A stretch of DNA of 34,692 bases, taken from a virus. Lineage: Duplodnaviria > Caudoviricetes. Below, in pieces: positions 17,941 through 25,484 of the stretch. The translations under genes and the position numbers were made by a program. Below the pieces are notes generated by a model. It made no database searches. It worked only from the letters and a program-made list of their open reading frames with translations, and had not been told where the DNA came from. The DNA is taken from positions 1 through 34,692 of the IMG/VR virus record IMGVR_UViG_3300032281_000474; one strand, written 5' to 3'. Each line of letters opens with the position of its first letter. The stretch's first letter is position 1.

Positions 17941-18470
17941 TTTGTTAATCTTTCATCTATATAATAATTAAAACTTGCAACACGTCTAGGCAATTTAAGT
18001 TTTAAAGATGTTACCATGTGTTCAAATTTCATACTTTGATTCATTACCAATAAGTCATATTGTTTTGGATAGTGTTCTATTAATTCTCTCTTACTTAATG
18101 TTTCTCTAAAACAAATGGCACCACCTATATCGTTGTCCATAGTGTCAAAATATGCAAGTATGCAAAGATTAGGTCCTTCAATCAAATCATTATGCCAAAC
18201 CAAGGTGGCCTTATCCATACCATTTACTAAGTCTATCTTATCTGACAACCTATAATTAACGTCTATTTGTTTTACGTATTTTTCACCTAGATATTTTTGT
18301 GTATCTTGTAATTGTTTTTTTATTGATTCATCTTTAATAACAACTTGTAAACCTACGTGACCAGCATCTGTCCATTTAATCTCATTCAAATCAATAAATT
18401 CAAAGGCGTCTTTATCGTTTGTTAAAACATAACCTTGTGTTAAAAAATTATCCAACATTTCTACTTTCAT
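17937..18470 (-). CDS. 2OG-Fe(II) oxygenase (prolyl-hydroxylase-like)
   Basis: WHND (HxD)...GGAICF...FEHMV...RRVASF; the start may be MLDNF, four codons downstream. Confidence 0.8.
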   Translation of the reverse strand: MKVEMLDNFLTQGYVLTNDKDAFEFIDLNEIKWTDAGHVGLQVVIKDESIKKQLQDTQKYLGEKYVKQIDVNYRLSDKIDLVNGMDKATLVWHNDLIEGPNLCILAYFDTMDNDIGGAICFRETLSKRELIEHYPKQYDLLVMNQSMKFEHMVTSLKLKLPRRVASFNYYIDERLTK

Positions 18471-19548
18471 CTATATAAGGTGTTAACTCAATATTATTTA
18501 GACCGTTTGCACTTAATACTTTTGGTGCAATACTTTTCATAATCTTACAATGTTCTTCTACAACATTATGTTTTTTAAAATCTTTAATCGTTTTTCTGCA
18601 ACCATTACATATACTAAACATAGGACATTCAAAACAAGCTCTTTTCATACTATATAATTTCATATCACTTTGTAAAGGTTTAAAAAACTCGCCATTCATT
18701 TCTCTATCAAAATCAATTGACTTGTCTTTATCGTCACCAAAAGCACCACAAGAATAGTAATCTCCACTAGGATTTAATGCACGTATTCCTTCATCACACT
18801 TTCTGTTTTGAGGACAAAGTGTGTGTTCACCTCTTACTCTTTTCATCATTTGTTTAGTATTAAATTCCCAATGGTACATATTTTGTTCCCATATCTCTAC
18901 ATACTTTTGATATATCTTACTTAACAAATAAGGTTTATCTTGTGCGCCACTTGACATAGCATAGTTTAATTTACACTCCACACCTACCTTATTAGCCTTT
19001 AATAAATTATGAGTTGTTCCATAAGGTATCTTGCCATCAGACATTTTATAAGCTAACTCTACATTTTTTAATGCTAGATGTTCATTTTCAGGAACAATGA
19101 CCGCAATAAAGTCAGGTCTATAACCACAGTATTCTAACATAGTATCTGAACATTTCCAAAAATCTTCTTCTGTAAATTCTGAGTAATCACCTTTTAAACG
19201 GCCACCACCATATTGAAAAGATGTATTAACTCCTACTCTATCGTTATTAAATAGACTAGCCCATTTTTTAGGTTTCTTATAAAACGGCCATAGATTGGTA
19301 GTAAGGGATATTGATGTATCATATTCGTGTTCATCTAACCAATCAATAATCTTCCAATAATAATCTGGTTCTACCATTAATGGGTCGCCACCATTTACTA
19401 TGATTGTTTTTGTATGTGGAAATCTTTTTAAAAAACGAAAGATATAATTATGATTTAATAAATCACTTTTGTGCATAGCAATTTTAGTGCTAGAACAAAA
19501 CGTACATTTAAAATTACAAGCTTCAGTAGGTTTAATAATTAAATCCAT
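18448..19548 (-). CDS. Radical SAM/SPASM domain protein (rSAM-3)
   Basis: IIKPTEACNFKCTFC, GGDPL, TTN; SPASM-like CPQNRKC...NPSGDYYSC...CFECPMFSICNGC...HC. Confidence 0.92.
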   Translation of the reverse strand: MDLIIKPTEACNFKCTFCSSTKIAMHKSDLLNHNYIFRFLKRFPHTKTIIVNGGDPLMVEPDYYWKIIDWLDEHEYDTSISLTTNLWPFYKKPKKWASLFNNDRVGVNTSFQYGGGRLKGDYSEFTEEDFWKCSDTMLEYCGYRPDFIAVIVPENEHLALKNVELAYKMSDGKIPYGTTHNLLKANKVGVECKLNYAMSSGAQDKPYLLSKIYQKYVEIWEQNMYHWEFNTKQMMKRVRGEHTLCPQNRKCDEGIRALNPSGDYYSCGAFGDDKDKSIDFDREMNGEFFKPLQSDMKLYSMKRACFECPMFSICNGCRKTIKDFKKHNVVEEHCKIMKSIAPKVLSANGLNNIELTPYIDESRNVG

Positions 19549-20126
19549 TATATTATATTAGGATTGTTTCGTGGTTGGTCTTTTACTTTCCATCCTAGAA
19601 CTAATGATGTACGAGGTTTTTCACCAAAATAAGGTTTAACTCTATGTGTTAAAAATCCTGGAAATATAATTAATCTGTTTTGTTTAGGCAGAATATTTAC
19701 TGCATTATTTGGATATTCGGCAAAAGTTAAATTTTTATAGACAGTTAACTCTCCACCTGTCCAAATTTCTTCATTATAATCACTATCTATATAATATATA
19801 GCTGTAATAAAAGAACCTTCAACCATATCATTATGTGGTTCATATAAATGATTCGATACTTTTGTTTGTTCGTATTTGTATAAATTGCCCTTTTGAAAGT
19901 TTGACATTTCCAAATTATTAAAATCAATATTATTTTGATAACAATAATTTACCACTGTTTTTTTTGCATAAAGTAGAAACAATTGTTGACTAGGAGTTAA
20001 ATTAAAATTATCTTGTCCTTGAATAGTATTTACTATATCACTTTCTTTTTTTAATTGATCTATTAAAATTTTATCTAATAAAAAATTATCTAATATTTGA
20101 ATAGTATCTGTAAATTTAAATTGCAT
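19548..20126 (-). CDS. 2OG-Fe(II) oxygenase (prolyl-hydroxylase-like)
   Basis: HND...ITAIYY...WTGGEL...NRLIIFPGFLTHRVKP...RTSLV; ATG 20126 (MQFKF) preferred over the non-ATG start at 20162. Confidence 0.85.
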   Translation of the reverse strand: MQFKFTDTIQILDNFLLDKILIDQLKKESDIVNTIQGQDNFNLTPSQQLFLLYAKKTVVNYCYQNNIDFNNLEMSNFQKGNLYKYEQTKVSNHLYEPHNDMVEGSFITAIYYIDSDYNEEIWTGGELTVYKNLTFAEYPNNAVNILPKQNRLIIFPGFLTHRVKPYFGEKPRTSLVLGWKVKDQPRNNPNII

Positions 20127-20649
20127 AACGTATATAATATTTATCTTGTTTTTTAAAACCAAATTGTTGCATTATCTCTCTATGATAAGGTTCTTTTTGT
20201 ACTCGTTTTTGATTCATAGTTAAATGTAATTGTTCAATATACGAACCAGTAGGAACTATTATTTTGTGATTAGGAAAAGTTTTAATTATATCTGAATACA
20301 TTTGTCTTATTAATTTTCTTACACTTATCTTTGTTCTTTTTCTTAAAACGCCTGAATATTTTACACTACCTAATACAATTTCATTATCGTAAATATGCAA
20401 CATAGCTATACCCTTTTCTAACTTCCAATTTTCTTTACAGGTAACCCATTGTTCTTCGTTTTTATTTTTTATTGTATCTTCGTAAATATCAGGATCAGTT
20501 TCTTTTGTTCCCCACCATATAAAGAAGTGTGCTTGCCTACCACATATTCTAGGAACATATGGGTGTTTTATTGGTAAAGTATCTAAAACTATATCAACAT
20601 TAGGTATACTTAATTTAATTGGCGATGTAGTTTCTTTGTACTCGTACAT
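20116..20649 (-). CDS. Hypothetical protein in the rSAM operon (weak GNAT-like pattern)
   Basis: ORF coupled on both sides; ATG 20649 (MYEYK) chosen to shorten the overlap, track start is 20688. Confidence 0.6.
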   Translation of the reverse strand: MYEYKETTSPIKLSIPNVDIVLDTLPIKHPYVPRICGRQAHFFIWWGTKETDPDIYEDTIKNKNEEQWVTCKENWKLEKGIAMLHIYDNEIVLGSVKYSGVLRKRTKISVRKLIRQMYSDIIKTFPNHKIIVPTGSYIEQLHLTMNQKRVQKEPYHREIMQQFGFKKQDKYYIRYAI

Positions 20650-21667
20650 CTTCGATATATCTGTGCGTAAGTTTATAGACACACTCATCTAACTCCTCTC
20701 TATATCTATAATCGTGGTTCATAAAGCATCCTAAAGTACATCTGTCTAAGAACTCACAAGAAGCACAATTATATTTTTCTAAAAATTTGTTTTCAATGAT
20801 ACTATTATCCATACGTTTAATAGGAGATTTATACATACTTAAAGACTTTTTATCTTGTACTAAATTACCACACATACATAAAGTACCATCAGCTAGAACC
20901 AACTTACTAACTCTACAAGAAGAATAGTTTTTCTTATTAAAAATCCAATCTTTTACAGGATGTACGTGAGGATAATTATCTACACAATGTTTAAAAAACT
21001 TTAATAGTAATTCATCACTTGGCATATTAAACTTAGCGTGTTCATCTGGCATATAATAATCAAAGTAAATGTATTTACCACTGTTATAGAGGTAATCAAA
21101 GTATTCATCGCCATTGTTTAAATAATATTCTATATTAGGTTTAGTTAGTAAACAAGAAAAACAAGTTACTCTATCGCCAAAGTAATCAACGTTACTTTTA
21201 AATATTTCAAACTGTATTTTATTGAAACGGCCTCGTGGGTCGTATGAAGTTGTAAGTCTTGCAGGTATGTCATTGTCTTTAGAATATTTTAATAAATCTT
21301 CTATTTGGTCAATACCTTTTTTATCAGTAACTAAATTAGATACCCAATTTAGTGAATAAGATTTATTATATTTTTTTGCTATTTGAGATATACCTAACGA
21401 TAATTGCTTATAGGCTTCATTTAATTCTTTTGTGTAAATGCTGGGTGCAAATACTTCACCTCCCATTATATTTAAAGTAACTTTGTTCTTAAACTCTCTA
21501 CTAATAAACTTTTCAATAGGTTCTAATTTATTTAAAACAGTATCTATACCTATTTTATCTTGGTGATTTTGCCAGCAGAAAGAACAACTTAGATTACAAA
21601 ACTCAAATAAATGTATTGTATATTCCTGTTCAGGATCTCGTTTAGGTTCAATGATAAATTCTCTCAT
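20615..21667 (-). CDS. Radical SAM/SPASM domain protein (rSAM-2)
   Basis: CNLSCSFC, MGGE, VSNL; C-terminal SSC...ADGTLCMC...CASCEFLDRCTLGC...C. Confidence 0.92.
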   Translation of the reverse strand: MREFIIEPKRDPEQEYTIHLFEFCNLSCSFCWQNHQDKIGIDTVLNKLEPIEKFISREFKNKVTLNIMGGEVFAPSIYTKELNEAYKQLSLGISQIAKKYNKSYSLNWVSNLVTDKKGIDQIEDLLKYSKDNDIPARLTTSYDPRGRFNKIQFEIFKSNVDYFGDRVTCFSCLLTKPNIEYYLNNGDEYFDYLYNSGKYIYFDYYMPDEHAKFNMPSDELLLKFFKHCVDNYPHVHPVKDWIFNKKNYSSCRVSKLVLADGTLCMCGNLVQDKKSLSMYKSPIKRMDNSIIENKFLEKYNCASCEFLDRCTLGCFMNHDYRYREELDECVYKLTHRYIEDVRVQRNYIAN

Positions 21668-21673
21668 TATAAC

Positions 21674-22777
21674 CTATAACAGTTGATATTTACTTAAAGC
21701 CTCGGTGTTGTTGTTTCTTTTTAAATTGAAAATATGTTGTATTAAAACATAATTAACATTTTGAAAATCAAATTTAGGAACTAAACAAGTATCAAAGGGA
21801 TTTGCAACAACGAAGTCAAGCACAGTATTCATTTCGGCATTAGTAATAGTATCTTTAGCTGCTAATTCTAAATAGTCAAAAGCACTAAACATTGTTCTAT
21901 TAATTTCCATTCCCTCTACATCAGCATAAATTTTCTTTATTAAATTTCTTAAACCAGTTATTTTTTCTTGTGATAAATTTTCTATTTTACAGATACCGTA
22001 AACACCAGAACCATAACTATCTTTTTGTTCCCATATAGTATTGTCAGCGTAATATTGTAATGAAGTTACATTTGCAATAGGATTGTTTGAATTTAAATCA
22101 ATGTCGTTTTCTGTAAAGTTTAATGATGTTTGAAAATTTTTATTTAATAAGTTCAACAATATCATTTCTCTATTATCCGTAAAACATTCTTTTAACCATC
22201 TTTTTAAAAACTTGTGTAATGTGGTATTTAATTTTGCCGTGTATTTAGATGAACCACTGAAATAGTCTGATAATAATAACTCATATGAATAATCTAAATT
22301 TAAATCTTTAACTTTTGTTCTCTCACTATCTGTAATAGAAATAGAATTGAAAACACTATCTAAATTACCTAATCCTATCCATAATTGGTCAGCTGTAGTT
22401 AAATGATTTGGTTGTAATTGCGTGTTACTAACAATTCTTTCTTTATAAACCGTTAATTGTAATATCTTATTAAAAGCGTTTAAATCTACATTAGGAAGAA
22501 TAGTTTTAATCCAAGTAACTAAGAATTTATTAAAGTTTTCTTTATCTGCATATACTACAAGTTTTTTACCTGATGTATCAACATGGGTTTTTATATCTAC
22601 TATTAAGTCTGAAAAATTTGTTGGAAAAGTAAGTGAGTAATTTAATAAAGTACCTTTTAATACTGTTTGTAATTCTTGGTACATTTGTACACCAGACTTA
22701 CCTATTACAACCCTATCTAAATCTGGTTGAACATAGTCGTCTAAACTTAAATATACTTTATTGAATAAATGTATCAT
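21674..22777 (-). CDS. Hypothetical protein (367 aa) in the rSAM operon
   Basis: Long ORF, TAATG-coupled to the upstream gene; mostly helical-looking; no recognised motif. Confidence 0.75.
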   Translation of the reverse strand: MIHLFNKVYLSLDDYVQPDLDRVVIGKSGVQMYQELQTVLKGTLLNYSLTFPTNFSDLIVDIKTHVDTSGKKLVVYADKENFNKFLVTWIKTILPNVDLNAFNKILQLTVYKERIVSNTQLQPNHLTTADQLWIGLGNLDSVFNSISITDSERTKVKDLNLDYSYELLLSDYFSGSSKYTAKLNTTLHKFLKRWLKECFTDNREMILLNLLNKNFQTSLNFTENDIDLNSNNPIANVTSLQYYADNTIWEQKDSYGSGVYGICKIENLSQEKITGLRNLIKKIYADVEGMEINRTMFSAFDYLELAAKDTITNAEMNTVLDFVVANPFDTCLVPKFDFQNVNYVLIQHIFNLKRNNNTEALSKYQLL

Positions 22778-23457
22778 TACTTATTTATACCTTTTAATGT
22801 TAATTCTCTTGCCTGCATATATTCTTTACCTCTACCATTAGCTATTGACCAAGTTAAAAGAAAAAGAGGATTCTTATCGTTTGCCCAATATTCAAACATA
22901 TTTTTTCCTCTAAAGATATAGTCATTAAAGTAATGTGTATAAAATTTTAACTTATCATTATTTATTTTTCCATAAAAACTAAAAAATCTATCATGTTTTA
23001 AAAGACTTACAAAGTTAACACCTTCCATATCTCTTGTTTCATCTTTAGGAAAAGATTGTGCATAATCTCTAAAGTGGTCAGAATTTAACATAAACATATT
23101 ATAAACAGATAAACTTTCCAATTTATTTTGCCATTTTTCTAATGTTTCAAAGTTTTCTGAAATAAATTTATTATAATTTTCATTTTTAGAAATGCCTTTC
23201 ATAGTAAAAAGAATATCTATAACAATATTTTCTAAAGACGATATACTAACTAATGAAACAGAACTTAAATAATCTTTTACCAAATCTAAGTCTATATTTT
23301 TTATGTCTGCTGGTATATCTAAATTACTTAAATACGTAATTAATTTTTTACCTTTTAATTCAGATGTTGAATAATCAATTAAATAATTTATATCTTTATC
23401 TGTAAAGTATTTTTTTAAATTTTCAATTGATATAGGAGCACTTGTTTCAATAACCAT
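22777..23457 (-). CDS. Hypothetical protein (226 aa) in the rSAM operon
   Basis: Long ORF, TAATG-coupled directly behind the CHxS-repeat protein; no Cys, no recognised motif. Confidence 0.75.
   Translation of the reverse strand: MVIETSAPISIENLKKYFTDKDINYLIDYSTSELKGKKLITYLSNLDIPADIKNIDLDLVKDYLSSVSLVSISSLENIVIDILFTMKGISKNENYNKFISENFETLEKWQNKLESLSVYNMFMLNSDHFRDYAQSFPKDETRDMEGVNFVSLLKHDRFFSFYGKINNDKLKFYTHYFNDYIFRGKNMFEYWANDKNPLFLLTWSIANGRGKEYMQARELTLKGINK
22782..22789 (-). promoter_or_regulatory. Possible internal T4-type late promoter TATAAATA
   Basis: Exact match in the last codons of 22777..23457, 4 nt before the ATG at 22777; could be chance in AT-rich coding DNA. Confidence 0.5.
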
Positions 23458-23990
23458 TATCTTCTTCCTCTACTACCATGACAAGAACCATGGCAGCTTG
23501 AATGACAAACATCAACGTTGTCTGTTATAGTTGTTGTTCTGATTGTGTTGTATGCCGTTGCAATATTACCAAAATATGTTTCTAATTTTGTATCATCAAT
23601 AGTAGAGTTGGCAGTTATATCAGTAGCAGTAATAGCACCTAACGCATCTCTATTACCAGTATCTAAATGTGCTATTGCTGTCTGGTCAAAATTAACTCCT
23701 GCACCTATTATAGTTCTTGTTGCTCTTTGTTGTCTTATGTTTGTATATAAAGCAGCTTCAGTTTCTAATACAGTTTTAATTGTTGTAGCAGTAATTAAAG
23801 TACCTGTGATGTCGGCGCCTGTAATGTTTATAGAGTCGCCTGCTATTGTGCCTGCGTAATTGCCGGCAGGCATTTCTGCGAAAGGTAAAGAATCTGTGCC
23901 CCAAACAATATTTGCGTTTGCAACGTCTGTTACTAAATCTTCAAATTTATCTACTATACCTTGTTTACTAATAGGATTAGATATGGTCAT
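23457..23990 (-). CDS. Virion-like protein with C-terminal (CHxS)3-RGRR motif; candidate rSAM substrate/precursor
   Basis: T/A/I/G/D-rich body lacking Cys; ends ...VDVCHSSCHGSCHGSRGRR*; directly follows and overlaps an rSAM/SPASM gene. Confidence 0.7.
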   Translation of the reverse strand: MTISNPISKQGIVDKFEDLVTDVANANIVWGTDSLPFAEMPAGNYAGTIAGDSINITGADITGTLITATTIKTVLETEAALYTNIRQQRATRTIIGAGVNFDQTAIAHLDTGNRDALGAITATDITANSTIDDTKLETYFGNIATAYNTIRTTTITDNVDVCHSSCHGSCHGSRGRR

Positions 23991-25011
23991 AACTTATATT
24001 TTGTTTTAACTCCTTCATCAAACTTTTTGGTGCACCACATATATCTCCTTGCCAAGCAAGTTGGTGGCAATCACCTCCACAAAACTCAAAAACTTCACAA
24101 GAAAAACAAATAGGGTTTCTTGCACGTTCACAAGCGATGTTTTCTATTCTAACTGGACTATTTATAACAGTTTTTATATCGTCAGTTATATGACCAAATT
24201 GAAATTCTGGTGCTGAATTAGGGCATCCTGATATGGTTCCATCTGCATTTAAAGTAAATATCTTTTGTTCACAATCTCTACAGAAAGTACCACCTTTCAG
24301 AAATCCCGTTTCAAATTTACTGTATATGATTTCTAAAGTATCATTATCAAACCAGCTTCTACAATCATTCTCTTTTGATTGATGGTGCATTTTTAAAAAC
24401 CATTTATCTTGTTCTATATTGTCAGGAAATATCTCTGGATGTAATTTAGCATTACCGTTACCTGTTAATCTTTCAAAAGATACCTCCTGTACGCCTAATT
24501 CTTTAATCCATTTTAATAGTTTTATAGGCTCTATATTAATAGTGTCTTTTGTTACACTTATAAACAATCTGATTGTAACACCTTTTGAAAGTAAATCTTT
24601 AACGTTTTTTTCCCATAAATTATATTGTTTATCATTTTCAAATCTTATTTTAGGGTCCCAACTTGTACCCATACGATTATTTAATGGCCCTTTTATAAAA
24701 TTATAATGTTCTTCTTTTAATTTAAAAACTAAATTAGATGTAATACCAAAGGTACTTCTTTTCCATAAATCTTTACATTCGTCATATACTTTAACCATGT
24801 GCGATACAGGAACTAAAAAAGGTTCACCACCGTGAAACTCAAAGTGTATGGAATCTTTGTCGTCATTAAAATGTTGTTTAAATCTTTTTATAAAATCTAT
24901 CGTTTTTGTAGGATTAAAATAGATTTTGGCACCATTAATACCACTTGTAAAACAATGTTTGCAATTTAATTGACAAGTTTCTGTTGTCTTTATATAAAAC
25001 ATCCAATTCAT
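23977..25011 (-). CDS. Radical SAM/SPASM domain protein (rSAM-1)
   Basis: YIKTTETCQLNCKHC, FHGGEPFL, TSNL; full SPASM-like CRDC...NADGTISGCP...CFSCEVFEFCGGDC...C. Confidence 0.93.
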   Translation of the reverse strand: MNWMFYIKTTETCQLNCKHCFTSGINGAKIYFNPTKTIDFIKRFKQHFNDDKDSIHFEFHGGEPFLVPVSHMVKVYDECKDLWKRSTFGITSNLVFKLKEEHYNFIKGPLNNRMGTSWDPKIRFENDKQYNLWEKNVKDLLSKGVTIRLFISVTKDTINIEPIKLLKWIKELGVQEVSFERLTGNGNAKLHPEIFPDNIEQDKWFLKMHHQSKENDCRSWFDNDTLEIIYSKFETGFLKGGTFCRDCEQKIFTLNADGTISGCPNSAPEFQFGHITDDIKTVINSPVRIENIACERARNPICFSCEVFEFCGGDCHQLAWQGDICGAPKSLMKELKQNISYDHI

Positions 25012-25460
25012 TAATTATATCCTATACTTAATGCCCAAGTGAAAGGTAAACTTTCAACTTTATGTTTTGCACCTTTGGGTATTGATATTGATTGGCCTTC
25101 GTTTACTATTATGGGATAATTTTCTACAAAAACTTTTTTACTACCTTTTATAACACATAACAGAACGTTTATATCATCTGTGTGTTCAGGAAAAGAAAAT
25201 CCGCCTAACTGATTATAAAATAGATGTACATTTTTCATTTTAAAATTCAAATCATAATCTTTCAATAGTTGTAAATGATAATTATTATCTTCTAATCCTT
25301 CAACTTTTATATGAGGAATGTTTTTATAATTTTTTACCCAATTACTAAAAGTTATTTCATTCTTAACTTTATAGTCTTTACCTTCTTTATCTATATAAAT
25401 TATTTGATTATTTTCGTATCTTGTGAAGGATATTAATTCATCATTTAAAGCATTAATCAT
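25011..25460 (-). CDS. Cupin/JmjC-like protein
   Basis: SFPEHTDDINVLLCVIKGSKKV...G.SISIPKGAKHKV (HxD...H, similar to cupin-4/JmjC hydroxylases). Confidence 0.75.
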   Translation of the reverse strand: MINALNDELISFTRYENNQIIYIDKEGKDYKVKNEITFSNWVKNYKNIPHIKVEGLEDNNYHLQLLKDYDLNFKMKNVHLFYNQLGGFSFPEHTDDINVLLCVIKGSKKVFVENYPIIVNEGQSISIPKGAKHKVESLPFTWALSIGYN

Positions 25461-25480
25461 ACTGTAATATTTATTACAGC
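25461..25480 (-). promoter_or_regulatory. Inverted repeat containing a late-promoter-like AATAAATA, abutting the first ATG of the rSAM operon
   Basis: Minus strand G-CTGTAATA-AA-TATTACAG-T-ATG: perfect 8-bp inverted repeat 25462-25469/25472-25479. Confidence 0.6.
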
Positions 25481-25484
25481 AAAA

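Noticed and set aside
23460-23507. c-type cytochrome heme-binding motif
   Set aside because: Spacing is CxxxCH rather than CxxCH, and there is no signal peptide or cytochrome c maturation gene.
23457-23990. Canonical His-Xaa-Ser (HxsA-D) or SCIFF system
   Set aside because: The repeat period is 4 with interleaved Cys, only three Cys are present, the carrier is a 160-aa structural-type domain, and no HxsD-like gene is recognised; treated as analogous, not orthologous.
16426-25011. rSAM genes as QueE, NrdG, MoaA or DNA-hypermodification enzymes
   Set aside because: They carry SPASM-like Cys-rich C-termini and lack partner genes (queC/queD/folE, nrdD, moaC, DNA-modifying transferases) in the window; not formally excluded without searches.
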